Origin: Victivallales bacterium
GTDB taxonomy: Bacteria; Verrucomicrobiota; Lentisphaeria; Victivallales; GWF2-50-93
Direction: 5' to 3'
DNA length: 64,000 nt
Assembly: GCA_049297395.1 (NCBI GenBank)
Contig: JBAQUG010000312.1
Coordinates: 273 to 64,272 of the forward strand
Of this stretch, positions 37,198 to 47,601 are shown piece after piece. Made by a program: the position numbers and the translations under genes. The notes beneath the pieces are model-generated. The model ran no database searches. It worked only from the letters and a program-made list of their open reading frames with translations, and was not told the origin of the DNA. The stretch's first letter is position 1, and the number at the start of each line of letters is the position of its first letter.

Positions 37198-40100
37198 TTA
37201 ATACTGCCTTTTCATCAGCCCGAGCCTGGCATCGGACAGTTCGATTTTCACATTCTTTCCGAATCCACCGCCGCCGTGGAACCAGACTTGAATTATGTTC
37301 TGCTGCCCCGGCCGGATGTGAGGGTAGAGGCAGAGCCGGGTTCTTCCCCAGCATGGCCAGCCGCCGTGGACACTGATCGGACGTCCGTTGACCATGATCA
37401 AAAACAACGGCCTACCTTCCAGTTCAATGAATGTGTCCTCAGGTTTCCAGTCGGATGGGACATTGACTTTTGCTTCCATGAAACTCAGCTCCTCTTTCAA
37501 AGGGAGCGTTGCGGGAACAGGCGCCGACTCTGCCTTGACCATACTCCAGCCGTCCTTCAGTTCAATGACTTTCTCGAACGGTTCAAGCGCCTGGAACGCC
37601 ATCTGTCCGAGATATCCTCCGCGCCCGTGTCGCGCGTTGTCAGCCCTGACCAGGATTCCAATCCTGTTGATACCGGGCTTGAGGAAGCCTGTGACATCGC
37701 TGTTTTCATTGTTCGCCCAACCGTGCGGTTTATATTCTGCGGCTTTGTTCCCGTTGATGTAGATGCTGCTTTCACCGAGGAAGACCGGCCAGTTGTAGGA
37801 CAGGAAGGAAAGCATCAGTCGGCGGCCTCCCCATTCCTCCGGGATATTTACCTCGGCGCGGTAGAGGCCCGTACCGTCGACGGGTAATCCGGCGTCGTTC
37901 CAGAATCCATAGCCCATGTCCTTCCATTCTACGCCGGAAACATCCTCCGCAAGCCATGAAAGGTCTGCGCCCCTGGCAGGATCAGACATGCGGAAACGGA
38001 ATTTATCCATGACGATGTCGGTCCCCTTTGGCAGTTTGACATCCGCCGGAGGAGGCAGGTTGGGTCTCGTCTCATATTTCTTCCTCGTCTCAAGCCAGAA
38101 TGGCAGGGCATCCCCCAGGTCTTTTGATACAATGCCTATGACTTTCGTCTCATTCGGCTCAATGGAAAGCCCGGAAACGGACATGCGTCCGTTCTCATAT
38201 TTGAAGGGAATGTCATTTCCGGCAGCCATATCCACGATCCGTACGGGCTTGACGTCCAGCGGACAGCTTACATCCACGCCGGAACGCAGGATGCGTCCCT
38301 GGTTGCTGATGACCAGCCACTCCTGTACTCCGTTTTTCGTGATGAGGCGGCGGCACCATACGTCTTCGCTTGAGCAGTCCACAAGCTTCCTGACGCCCAG
38401 GTTTTCCATGAGATCATTGAGAAAAACGGTTTGCAGGGGGCCGTTGAGAGACACTCCTTTTCCGGCGCGGTCCGACATGTTGCGCCAGAACGTGGAGGCA
38501 AGCACTATTACCTTGCCCTTGCCAAGACGGCGCATGCCGACAGCAATGCTTCCGTCCTCCCATGTCGCAATTGCGACATTCTCCGGAGCATCGGACCTGA
38601 GGGCGATACCGCCGTTGTCGGCGTGATTCGTCCCCATCCAGTTGATGGCCGACCCATCGCCCGGGAATGACATGCCGGCCAGTTTTTTCAGCAGCGGATT
38701 GCCCGGCTGGATTGTCACCATCATATTCTTTCTTTCTCCAACGACCTTGAAACCTGTAAGCTTGGAAATCGGCCACGAGTCGGCTTCAAGAAGGGAGTGC
38801 CTGCCGGTGGCGTTGAGAGCTACAAAAACACCGCCGCCGCGCACGTATTCTTCGATGGATGCGAGGGTCTTGTCATCGACGACCCGGTTGTTGCAGTCGA
38901 AAATGACAGGATAGTCCTTGACGAGGCCGGCATTGATTTCAGCCTCGGTGGCATAGACGTTGTTGAAGTGGGCGGCCTGCAGGGATCCGCGTCCGATGTC
39001 CCATGAAAAGGAAAAGTCGCTGTATGGGAAATACCGTTCGCTCCCGGAGGAATGGAACAGGACCACTTCGGGTTTTACCCATGTCGCCTTGCCGATGAGC
39101 TGGAGAAGACGCTTGTTCTTCGTGAACCAGCCTGTTTTCCTGTCCACCTGCTCATAGTTGGCCGCATCATATATGAAGTTGTGCTCGCCGTCGGCGTTGA
39201 GGAGGAACCAGCCCAGCTGCGCGCTGAGGCGTTCGGGATTCTCCTGGAGTCCGGCCTCCTCGCTGCTTGAGTTGAAACCGTTCAGGTATGCGATGCCAGG
39301 CCAGTGCGGACGATATGATGCGTCGCTCCCCGTCTGGTGTATGCCGGATATGCCAAGATCCCGTTTCAGCCCAAGGAAGTGGTCGGCAATTTCATAGCTT
39401 GTACCGGGCACGAACAGGAACGGAATGTCCGGTTCACGCGACCTGATGATGGAAGCGACCCGTTTCCATCCTTCGACCGTGTTGTCGGCCAGCCAGTCCT
39501 GCAGATCCACGAAGCGGGCATTGGCGTTGGCGCCAAGATATGGATATCGTTTCGGTTCCGTGGCCGTAATGAAGACAGGTCCCTTGATTACTCCGTCGGG
39601 TACGCGCATGCAGATGGTATTGCGCCCCCTGGCCAGCATGCTTGTCACCTGCATGGCCACCGGACCTACATACTGGGATTTGGGAGCCACGTCGGCGAGG
39701 CGGACGCCATTGATCCGCACTTCAATCGGAGCCGCCGCGTTGTTATATGTGCCGGCAACAAGATAGTACTGGCTTTTCGGATGGGCCGCCATCCATTCGG
39801 CGGCGTCAAACTCCTTCAGGAACCATTTTGCACCCGTATCCAGCATCTTCTGATCGGCGGACGGGGCCAGATCGACTTTTGTCCACTCCGCTCCCGGACG
39901 GTAGTCCGTCCCACCCCAGTTTTCAGCATCGGCTTTTTTAGATCCGGACTGATCTTTGACAAGTTCGTCCGGACGGCATAGCCAGTCCGTGACGAGGTTA
40001 AGCGTCTCATGTCCGTAGCCGCCGAAAAATTCGGCATGCATGGGAACTTCCACATCGTCCCAGGAACGGTAGCGCCCTTCGTCGCCATGCCAGCGTTTTC

Positions 40101-41223
40101 CGAGTTCCGGGAGGGACAGTCCGCGTTTTTCACGGAGCCAGCGGCGGAAGGACTTCTGATCGGCGTCGGCATGTACCATCAGGTCGGAGGACAATGAATG
40201 CACTCCGTCCTCGTCGCCGGGCCGGCCGAAGGCCACACGGATGCTCGCGAGCGAATCTCCTGCGGCCTTCCTGCACCGTTCAAGCATGGAGAGATTGTAG
40301 CGATGGACGTAGGCCAGGCACTCCTCGGAAGCGGCCAGGCTGATGTGCGGCTGGCCCATTGAGACGGCATTGCCCCAGGACGGTATTGTCGATTCGTCAA
40401 GGCGGGCCATCTCGGTCGGGAAACGGTTGCGGATCCATTGCGGCGGAAAAACCGGGCCGAACCAGACATTGATCGACTGTCCGGCCTTTTTCGCCAGATC
40501 CATTTCGTACTCCATGGGGAATGACTGGACAGGCCCGTCGAGCAGATTGCTCCATCCCATGTATGTCCGGTAGTTTGCCCCAATCCCGATATTGAATTTG
40601 TTCCAGAACTCATAGCGCCCGGCCAGGGTCTCCCGGTCATAGCCCAGCCTGTACTCCTTGACTGTCCCGCAGAGGTTGAAGTCATGGATGCTCATGCGTG
40701 TCGCGTTCAGGTCGAAAAAACCGGTCCAGGCCGGTAACGCCTTTGATGGCTTGCACCGGGAAGCACCATCGCCCAGGCCCTCTTTCTTGATAGTTCCGTT
40801 CGCCAGTTCAACTGATGGCGCGGTAATGGAATAGACTACGCTTCCCCTGGCGGCAATCACCATGATTCCGCTGCCCTTGAAATCGAGTCCTGAAATTCCG
40901 CCGCCAAGATCAACCTGGACGGGACCGGCAATCTTGTCCCATGTCATGTCGGCAATGAGTTTGCCGAGGAGCAGGTCGGCATGCGCATCGTCCTCACAGG
41001 ATATTTTTGACACGGATATTCCTCCGGGGTGTTTTTCCATGATCATGCCCAGACGCCCATAGCCGCCCAGGTTGGCGTTGATCACGGAGGAGCCGCCTGG
41101 TTCAGCGGCGAAGCATTCCAGCGATACCAGCAATATGAAGGAGACCAGGCACACCGCAGCCAAAGAGGCTCCCATCCCTGCGAAACAGCTTCCGTAAAAA
41201 CTCATTTTCCACTGCCGTCCCAT
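37198..41223 (-). CDS. giant secreted GH42-like protein, family A paralogue 2
   Basis: The ORF is 37198..41358. I prefer ATG 41223 (MGRQWKMSFYGSCFAGMGASLAAVCLVSFILLVSLECFA is a signal peptide with a charged n-region). ATG 41205 is also possible. The segment 41224-41358 lies inside a repeat element whose other copy is non-coding. It shares DYPVIFDCNN..GGGVFVALNATGRHSLLEADSWPISKLTGFKV with A1 and A3. Confidence 0.7.
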   Translation of the reverse strand: MGRQWKMSFYGSCFAGMGASLAAVCLVSFILLVSLECFAAEPGGSSVINANLGGYGRLGMIMEKHPGGISVSKISCEDDAHADLLLGKLIADMTWDKIAGPVQVDLGGGISGLDFKGSGIMVIAARGSVVYSITAPSVELANGTIKKEGLGDGASRCKPSKALPAWTGFFDLNATRMSIHDFNLCGTVKEYRLGYDRETLAGRYEFWNKFNIGIGANYRTYMGWSNLLDGPVQSFPMEYEMDLAKKAGQSINVWFGPVFPPQWIRNRFPTEMARLDESTIPSWGNAVSMGQPHISLAASEECLAYVHRYNLSMLERCRKAAGDSLASIRVAFGRPGDEDGVHSLSSDLMVHADADQKSFRRWLREKRGLSLPELGKRWHGDEGRYRSWDDVEVPMHAEFFGGYGHETLNLVTDWLCRPDELVKDQSGSKKADAENWGGTDYRPGAEWTKVDLAPSADQKMLDTGAKWFLKEFDAAEWMAAHPKSQYYLVAGTYNNAAAPIEVRINGVRLADVAPKSQYVGPVAMQVTSMLARGRNTICMRVPDGVIKGPVFITATEPKRYPYLGANANARFVDLQDWLADNTVEGWKRVASIIRSREPDIPFLFVPGTSYEIADHFLGLKRDLGISGIHQTGSDASYRPHWPGIAYLNGFNSSSEEAGLQENPERLSAQLGWFLLNADGEHNFIYDAANYEQVDRKTGWFTKNKRLLQLIGKATWVKPEVVLFHSSGSERYFPYSDFSFSWDIGRGSLQAAHFNNVYATEAEINAGLVKDYPVIFDCNNRVVDDKTLASIEEYVRGGGVFVALNATGRHSLLEADSWPISKLTGFKVVGERKNMMVTIQPGNPLLKKLAGMSFPGDGSAINWMGTNHADNGGIALRSDAPENVAIATWEDGSIAVGMRRLGKGKVIVLASTFWRNMSDRAGKGVSLNGPLQTVFLNDLMENLGVRKLVDCSSEDVWCRRLITKNGVQEWLVISNQGRILRSGVDVSCPLDVKPVRIVDMAAGNDIPFKYENGRMSVSGLSIEPNETKVIGIVSKDLGDALPFWLETRKKYETRPNLPPPADVKLPKGTDIVMDKFRFRMSDPARGADLSWLAEDVSGVEWKDMGYGFWNDAGLPVDGTGLYRAEVNIPEEWGGRRLMLSFLSYNWPVFLGESSIYINGNKAAEYKPHGWANNENSDVTGFLKPGINRIGILVRADNARHGRGGYLGQMAFQALEPFEKVIELKDGWSMVKAESAPVPATLPLKEELSFMEAKVNVPSDWKPEDTFIELEGRPLFLIMVNGRPISVHGGWPCWGRTRLCLYPHIRPGQQNIIQVWFHGGGGFGKNVKIELSDARLGLMKRQY

Positions 41224-41427
41224 GGATGATTGGATGATCCGCCTACGCAGGGAAGCTACGGCGCGACAAGCTGGATTGCTGGATGCTTGCGTATCAAAGA
41301 CATAAGCATAGAACAATCCTGTAATAAATTCGCAAAATGACTTTTCCGTTTTTTGCATGCAAGATAGCCCTTTCAGATTTTATTTGAACTCAAACCCAAT
41401 CATCCATCCATCCGCCATCCTGTGGGA
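41211..41427 (-). repeat. copy (b) of the repeat element bounded by inverted repeats (long form), covering the 5' leader and start region of the A2 gene
   Basis: Minus strand reads TCCCACAGGATGGCGGATGGATGGATGATTGGGTTTGAGTTCA...CTTATGTCTTTGATAC...GGATCATCCAATCATCCATGGGACGGCAGTGG. A perfect 12-nt inverted repeat is formed by plus-strand ATGGATGATTGG (41222-41233) and CCAATCATCCAT (41396-41407). Confidence 0.7.
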
Positions 41428-41442
41428 TGACTCTGGTCATTT

Positions 41443-42234
41443 TCAATAGTCATATCCCCAGTGTTCCCCTCCGAACCTGGATCCGGTCCAAATCCCCGGA
41501 AGCAGCGGGGCCTTTAACCCTTCCACATGACCTTCGGAATAAAGCATGTTGATGCCCCGGTTGTGGACATAGCGGACCGTGCGGGCCCCGACTGAAGTTA
41601 TTCCGTTGGGAATTGAACCGCTTCCGTCGTTGCAGCTCGCCTGCGTACGATGATAGTAGCCGTCAAACAAAAGATAGAGGCCGGCAGGATTCTTGATCGC
41701 CGATGTTTTTGCCCCCAGGGCCAGGCCGTCATGGACATAGGTTCCCGTGTTCCAATAGGTCCAGCTGTTTGACTGGTAGCTGTTGTTTGTCTCGCTTGAG
41801 GCAAACCCGCCGGGATATGTCTGGACCGTGTTTTCCGGACAGTTCAGGATGGAAGGATTTTTCCTGGAGAACAATGCGCTGTAGTCCTGGCCTGTCCCCT
41901 CGATGACGAATTGAAACCAGCCGTTATATGAACTGGTGCCGTCATAGTAGCAGTTTATGGGATAATAGGAGTTGTAGTCGGACGAATAGAAGTTGAAGGA
42001 CATTCCACACTGCTTGAGGTTGCTGATGCACTTGATGCTTTTCGCCTGGTCCCTCGCATTCTTCAGCGCCGGCAGCAGCATCGCCGCCAGTATTGCGATG
42101 ATCGCAATCACGACAAGGAGCTCGATGAGGGTGAAGGGGAGAACCCGTAATCCGTGACCCGTAATCCGTGGTCGGAGATTCGTAGCCTGTGTCCGCATCA
42201 TCTTCTTTTTAGCGAAAGCGTGTATGTCATTCAT
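41443..42234 (-). CDS. pseudopilin-like protein (H-X9-EG variant)
   Basis: [28 protein letters not shown] is the prepilin-type head. [14 protein letters not shown] is H-X9-EG. I start it at ATG 42234 (MNDIHAF...), 1 nt after the TAG of the upstream gene (42236-42238), with GGGAGGA upstream. The track start at 42267 overlaps that gene. Confidence 0.88.
   Translation of the reverse strand: MNDIHAFAKKKMMRTQATNLRPRITGHGLRVLPFTLIELLVVIAIIAILAAMLLPALKNARDQAKSIKCISNLKQCGMSFNFYSSDYNSYYPINCYYDGTSSYNGWFQFVIEGTGQDYSALFSRKNPSILNCPENTVQTYPGGFASSETNNSYQSNSWTYWNTGTYVHDGLALGAKTSAIKNPAGLYLLFDGYYHRTQASCNDGSGSIPNGITSVGARTVRYVHNRGINMLYSEGHVEGLKAPLLPGIWTGSRFGGEHWGYDY
42143..42170 (+). repeat. perfect 14-nt direct repeat x2 (two heptads each) in the pseudopilin leader
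   Basis: ACCCGTAATCCGTG ACCCGTAATCCGTG. The 7-nt periodicity (CCGTNNN) continues to about 42193. Confidence 0.85.
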
Positions 42235-42235
42235 T

Positions 42236-45200
42236 CTAGTTCCTCCCTTCTGCTTTAGATTCTTCAACTAGCGTAACATCGCCATAGCGTTCAGGATTTT
42301 TCCATAGATCCAGTCCTTCGAACCATCGAATCCGGCAGCGGCCGCCGTTCATCGCGGTTTTGGCGTCGGCATCGTTCAGCACCACCGCCAACGATATGGT
42401 TTTGCCGGCAGCGGGTTTCTTCATGCCGATATCGCTCCATGGAATAGCCACCTGGTAATTCACATTGCCGGCATTGCCCGTGGGGAAGATCTTCATTCGC
42501 CAGTTCTCCACCATCGCCGATGGAGCGGGTTTTCTCCGGCTGGCTGCCGGTTCGCCCTTTCCTCCGGGCAGATAGAATTCATATTCATAACAAGGGGCTG
42601 TCTCTGTGAGGCGATTGTCCGGTTGCACGGAGAACTCCACGCTGTCGCACATGAATCCATTCATCCCTCTAACCGGCTGGGCGACAAACACATCATCCAG
42701 CGTCTCTACGCCGAGATACAGGAACTTGTCGTCCCAGAGAAGACGCATTTTCCCATAGATATCGGACGAGCCATTGTATTCCTCTCCTGGAACGTCCGGC
42801 TTCTGAACCTGGTATGGTTCGCCGAACGGAATGACGAGAGACTTGTCCCAATCGTTCCAGGAACCATCGAGAGCCGGGGGTCTCATGGTCTTGACGGCCT
42901 GTGCGAAATTGAGCGAAGCCGTGGTGGCGAACACTGCACCGTCGGAGGTCTTGACCCGCGCATTGAAAACCGTTCTTTTCCCCTCTCCCTGCTGAACCTT
43001 GGCAGGAACGCAGATTATGATGTTTTCGCGCGGCTTGACACTGAATGTCTTTTCTTCTTCCTCCGCAGAGCCGATGATTTTGGCAGTTCCTCTGACTTCC
43101 ACGGAATCGTTGTTTTTGATGTTCAGCACCACTGCCGCCTTGCCGGGCTGGATGTCGCCATGCGACAACGACAGTTCAAGCCTTCTGCTCACCTTCATAT
43201 TGCCAATCAGATATATGGGCATGGTCGTGAGCTTGAGAAGGACAAGACCTTTGTTTGCCTTGATCGTCCGTGTGTTGCCCATAAGATCCATCACGGTGAT
43301 GTTTCCATCCGGGGCCTCGAGCGTAATCTCCCTCTCTCCGGTGTTCGCCCATGCCGCGAAAAAGGGGCTGTCGGGGCGTTTCCATTCGAAGAGGCTGAAG
43401 TCATCGCTGGAATGATCCGCCGCTAACTCCGCATTGGCAAGGGCGTCGGCCATCACCGCGTGCGCCGCGAACTGGGGTCTCGGCTGCAGGCGGTTGTTGA
43501 GCATGGTGATGGTATCACCACCAGCACCTCTTGCAAATCCCCACATGGTGATGGCCTTGCAACGTGATCCGCATTTCGCCTTTAGCGAGAGCCAGGTGCG
43601 GACCATGTTTTTCGGACCATCCGCTTCGCGGAAACGGCGTTCCAGCCCATGTGCCGGTGATTCCTGGGCGGCCATCTCCTCCATCCAGACAGTTTTCTTC
43701 GTGTCGCCGTGGATGTTGAATTCCTTGAGGTTGTTCAAGGCGATGAGGGTGACGGATGAGTAGGCGTTCAAGATCGCGCCGTCGAAGCGCCCCTCGGCTG
43801 GTTTGCCGTAAAGCCGCTTGAGAGTGTCGGCGTTCGAATCAGAGGCGATGTTGCCGACTAAAACCGGTGTCGCCTGATCCACGGACTTGATGCCGTCATA
43901 AACTGCGGACATGATCTGGTCGTACTCCTCGTCGCTCAGGAATTTCCCGTCGATCAGGGCACGGAAGCCGGGAGCCTCGGGCGGACGGTGATTGGAGTTT
44001 TCAATACCCCAGTTCCCGTATGCCAGAGCCCGTCCCTTGAACTCGGTGGCCACAATCCTGCCCAAATCCTCGTACGCCTTCCGGTCGATGGGGCGTTTAT
44101 TTGCAGGCACCATGAGCTGAAGGACGCACTTGATCCCGAACTTACTGTAATATTCGATTTCCTTCTTGTTGGATTCGATCTCCTTGGCGATGGCCTGAGC
44201 GTCCATGGAATTGAGGTTTGTCCTTACCCAGGCGATGCCGAAGCCGGCGATCCTCATCATCTCACCCATCTCCTGTTCATAGGCTTTGCCGTCGTTGAAG
44301 ATGTAACAGAGCGGTGTGACCGCCCATACGTTCTCGGCGGTTCTCGGGCGGAAGAGGGAAGGAAGGACCGCATAGCGGCCAGACGCGTCGCCGACCAGCA
44401 CATCTCCCTCGAGAATGTCCGCCTGAAGATAGAATGCGCCAAAGCTTTGCGATGGCGGCAGATCGACCTGCACGTCGGTTTCGCAATAACCCTTGATGGA
44501 AAAAGGTGTGGTGATGATGGCTTCATCGGCCTTTCCCAGCCAGTCCATGCGTATGATGCGCAGCTGGAGCTCCCGTTCCTCACCAAGAAGATTCTGGACG
44601 TGGAATGTCTGGGCGACATTCGCCGCCGGATCATGGTGGACATTCCCCGTTACGGAATTTATCAGATATCCATAGCAGCACTCGTAGGCGGTCGCCTCGG
44701 ACGGAGAGGGGAGATAGGGCGGTTTAATCTCCTTGTGAGTTACGGCGAACCATTCAAGCAGACGCTCCTTGCTGGCGTGAAGATCCGTGACGGCTGGAAC
44801 GGAAGTGCCGGCTGGAAGCTTCCAGACGGCCAGGTTGTCCGCGTAGGTGTGCCCCCATCCGCCCTCAAGCGCCATGAACTCCTGGCCGAAGCGCAGGCGC
44901 ATCGTACTGGCGTTGTCCGGCGCGACATGCGGCATTGTCGCCCAGTAGCTCCACTGGCCGGATGGAACGTTGTCGATGGCGGCGCGGATGCCGTTTTTGG
45001 GTTTCTGCTCATTGCCGGAGGCGTCGAAGAATTTCAGTTCGAGCGGGCCGAACCACGGTGAATATATTTTCGCGCCAGGACGTATCCATGCGCCAGCCTC
45101 GTAGACGCTTCCCGGTTCGCAGGGCATGGGATCGGAAAGCCAGTAGCCGTCAACCATGTATCGTCCATACCACTGCTGCTTGCTGGAGAGCGGTGGATCC

Positions 45201-46705
45201 ACGGAGATGTTCAAAAGTGCGCCCATCCCCTGATAAACGACTTGATGGCTCCATTCGCCGCGGCCTCTTCCTATCGAGAATTCGGCTCTGCCGTTCTTGT
45301 GCAATCGCTCGATCTCCTCTTTCGTCCAATCCGGCTCGGATTTTCCAACATACGTCCAGCCTTCCGGTTTGCCGGTCTCCCCGTCCTCGACGGTTCCGTT
45401 GCGAAGGAGGTTTTCAGCATACGTTACACCATCGGATGGTCTTACGTTTTTCCTGATCACCATGGAGGTTTTACATTTCTCCGCCTGCGCCCAGGAAAGG
45501 CTCAGGTCGTCGAACCATGCGGTTCCACGGCAAAGCTGCAGTCCGGCAGTGGCTCGGACGGACACCGCGTCGGCGGGCGGACGCGATCTCGGTGTTCTGA
45601 CCTTCGTCCAATCGGTTTTAAGAGGAACCGTCTGGGAGATGATCGGCTCGCCGAGCGGCTGGCCATCCTTGTCGAGAAACTGCAGGCAGAGGGCTCCGCC
45701 GCCAATCGGGCCATCCGGACCGAGATCGCCGCTTTTCACGAAGCCGGAAAGACAATATGATTTCCCTTCTTCGACAGGAACTTGCGCCGACCATCCGGAA
45801 AAAATGCCGGAGCCTGTGTCGGAGACGGCTGCCGCCCGTTTTTCCGAGTGGACAGGCAGATCTACGAGTTCTTTTTTGCCAGAGCCGGTCGGCATCCAGC
45901 CCGCTGGATTGCCTTTTCCGTCCAATTCCTCGAAACCAGGATTGGGAAGAAGGTTGTCCGCGCTTTCCTCGATCCGGTCTCCTATGCCCGCAGTGCCATC
46001 CACCTCATTAAAGACAATATCGTCGATCCAAACCCTGGGAGAGCACTCTTTTTCAGCAGTATGCAATGCGAACCGCAGCATTGCCGAAACGGCTCCGGCG
46101 GGGGCGAGCATGGGAGTACCGTCGCCACCCATGGCGAAACGACGGTTATTCGACTCGACCCATTGTCCGGTGTCGGCCTGCTGGTTCATCACCCATATGT
46201 TTTTCCTGCCATCCTCCACGGAAGATCCTTTGCCGTCAAGCCAGAAGACGGTGACTCCAAGGTTGGCGTAGCCTCTTTTCGGATCGCTGCGGTCTTCCTG
46301 CGAGAGCCCAGCCGATTTGAACCAGAAAGAAAAATCGTATGAGGAACCAGCCTTGACTGGGACTCTCTGGCTTATGATTACGAACCCATCAAGTTTGTTG
46401 CCGAGAAGATGAGTGAGAAGATTCGGAGCCGTCATGGCCTTGTCATCAAGGTCAAGGGGATGTGTCTGTTCAAGGACAAGGCTCCGTTTTCCTGAATGAA
46501 ATTCCTTCTCGTCGATTCTGGCGTTCCCGCCGTTCCGGCCGGCCTCTTTGTGGATGGTCCAATCGGCGGACGAGGCGTCGGACACGTTTTCGAAACCCGG
46601 GTTGAGGACTTGATTGTCCGCTTCCGCCGTCATCGCTGAAAAGAGAAGGGACAGTATCGCCAGGATGCATGCCTTTAAATTCATATTTTCGCAACTTTTC
46701 CTCAT
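42236..46705 (-). CDS. giant secreted multi-CBM protein: three CBM4_9-like modules, a central TIM-barrel-like region and a C-terminal CBM9-like module
   Basis: The ORF is 42236..46744, and the track start is a TTG. I start it at ATG 46705 ([29 protein letters not shown]) because this N-terminus is homologous to that of 52305..53108. NPGFENV, NPGFEEL and RNGTVEDG mark the module heads. [11 protein letters not shown]...[13 protein letters not shown] is CBM9-like. Confidence 0.75.
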   Translation of the reverse strand: MRKSCENMNLKACILAILSLLFSAMTAEADNQVLNPGFENVSDASSADWTIHKEAGRNGGNARIDEKEFHSGKRSLVLEQTHPLDLDDKAMTAPNLLTHLLGNKLDGFVIISQRVPVKAGSSYDFSFWFKSAGLSQEDRSDPKRGYANLGVTVFWLDGKGSSVEDGRKNIWVMNQQADTGQWVESNNRRFAMGGDGTPMLAPAGAVSAMLRFALHTAEKECSPRVWIDDIVFNEVDGTAGIGDRIEESADNLLPNPGFEELDGKGNPAGWMPTGSGKKELVDLPVHSEKRAAAVSDTGSGIFSGWSAQVPVEEGKSYCLSGFVKSGDLGPDGPIGGGALCLQFLDKDGQPLGEPIISQTVPLKTDWTKVRTPRSRPPADAVSVRATAGLQLCRGTAWFDDLSLSWAQAEKCKTSMVIRKNVRPSDGVTYAENLLRNGTVEDGETGKPEGWTYVGKSEPDWTKEEIERLHKNGRAEFSIGRGRGEWSHQVVYQGMGALLNISVDPPLSSKQQWYGRYMVDGYWLSDPMPCEPGSVYEAGAWIRPGAKIYSPWFGPLELKFFDASGNEQKPKNGIRAAIDNVPSGQWSYWATMPHVAPDNASTMRLRFGQEFMALEGGWGHTYADNLAVWKLPAGTSVPAVTDLHASKERLLEWFAVTHKEIKPPYLPSPSEATAYECCYGYLINSVTGNVHHDPAANVAQTFHVQNLLGEERELQLRIIRMDWLGKADEAIITTPFSIKGYCETDVQVDLPPSQSFGAFYLQADILEGDVLVGDASGRYAVLPSLFRPRTAENVWAVTPLCYIFNDGKAYEQEMGEMMRIAGFGIAWVRTNLNSMDAQAIAKEIESNKKEIEYYSKFGIKCVLQLMVPANKRPIDRKAYEDLGRIVATEFKGRALAYGNWGIENSNHRPPEAPGFRALIDGKFLSDEEYDQIMSAVYDGIKSVDQATPVLVGNIASDSNADTLKRLYGKPAEGRFDGAILNAYSSVTLIALNNLKEFNIHGDTKKTVWMEEMAAQESPAHGLERRFREADGPKNMVRTWLSLKAKCGSRCKAITMWGFARGAGGDTITMLNNRLQPRPQFAAHAVMADALANAELAADHSSDDFSLFEWKRPDSPFFAAWANTGEREITLEAPDGNITVMDLMGNTRTIKANKGLVLLKLTTMPIYLIGNMKVSRRLELSLSHGDIQPGKAAVVLNIKNNDSVEVRGTAKIIGSAEEEEKTFSVKPRENIIICVPAKVQQGEGKRTVFNARVKTSDGAVFATTASLNFAQAVKTMRPPALDGSWNDWDKSLVIPFGEPYQVQKPDVPGEEYNGSSDIYGKMRLLWDDKFLYLGVETLDDVFVAQPVRGMNGFMCDSVEFSVQPDNRLTETAPCYEYEFYLPGGKGEPAASRRKPAPSAMVENWRMKIFPTGNAGNVNYQVAIPWSDIGMKKPAAGKTISLAVVLNDADAKTAMNGGRCRIRWFEGLDLWKNPERYGDVTLVEESKAEGRN

Positions 46706-46740
46706 TTTAAAAACCTTTCCTGTTTGAAATTGCCTCATTA

Positions 46741-47520
46741 TCAATAACCGAATCCCCAGAAATCACGATCAACCGGAACTGCCGCTATCCCGGTCCATGG
46801 GGCAGGGATCATCATGCACCTTGTAAGGTCAACGTGTGAATCAACATATATGAAATTGGCGTTTCCGTTATGCCGTACTGATCCGACATAGAAATTCCCG
46901 CCGGGGATTGCCCATGGGTTCCACGACGCATATAATCGGAATCCAGTTGGTTCACTGTAGTGACTGTCAGAAAACATAAACGTTTCTGAAGGGGTTTTCA
47001 CCTGCCCGATCTTGACGAGCGTCACGCCGACAGGAGGACTGGAGGCCTGCCCGTTGAACCCATTGTTCCCTATGCCGTTCACCCCGTAATGGACGGATAT
47101 TGCGGTATTGGTCTCGGAAGGGCATGAAAATATGCCTGGGCTGTGGATGAGCCACTGGTAGGTTGCATTGTTCTCGGGCTTGTTGCCAAGATAGGAATAA
47201 AGGATTCCAGACCATCTATGGAACGATACGTCGTCATCAACGCCGGTCGGTATCATGAATTCATTATAATCGGACGCATAGAAGGACATCGCCCCTCCGA
47301 TCTGCCTGAGATTGCTCTTGCATGCCGCGCCTTTTGCCTGGTCCCTTGCATTCTTCAGCGCCGGCAGGAGCATCGCCGCAAGTATCGCGATGATCGCGAT
47401 TACGACAAGGAGCTCGATGAGGGTGAACACATTGCCGAGTGCCGATTGCCGAGTGTCGATTTTAAGACCAGCAGGGAAGTGACCGAGTGCCGAGTGACGA
47501 GTGTTGATTTTATCGGTCAT
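46741..47520 (-). CDS. pseudopilin-like protein (H-X9-DS variant)
   Basis: [44 protein letters not shown] is the prepilin-type head. [14 protein letters not shown] is H-X9-DS. I start it at ATG 47520 (MTDKINTRH...), 7 nt after AGGAGGAA. The track start at 47598 is a TTG. Confidence 0.88.
   Translation of the reverse strand: MTDKINTRHSALGHFPAGLKIDTRQSALGNVFTLIELLVVIAIIAILAAMLLPALKNARDQAKGAACKSNLRQIGGAMSFYASDYNEFMIPTGVDDDVSFHRWSGILYSYLGNKPENNATYQWLIHSPGIFSCPSETNTAISVHYGVNGIGNNGFNGQASSPPVGVTLVKIGQVKTPSETFMFSDSHYSEPTGFRLYASWNPWAIPGGNFYVGSVRHNGNANFIYVDSHVDLTRCMMIPAPWTGIAAVPVDRDFWGFGY
47428..47503 (-). repeat. two heptad tracts (coding-strand CACTCGG type) in the pseudopilin leader
   Basis: Plus strand: CACATTG CCGAGTG CCGATTG CCGAGTG (47428-47455) and CCGAGTG CCGAGTG ACGAGTG (47483-47503). 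These encode the duplicated (I/K)(N/D)TRHSALG unit. Confidence 0.85.
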
Positions 47521-47601
47521 TGGTATTTCCTCCTGTAAAATTTCCATTTCCGTATTCCAACGGCATTGTTTCAACGTCAGAGTATTGGTATAAGACAAGT
47601 G

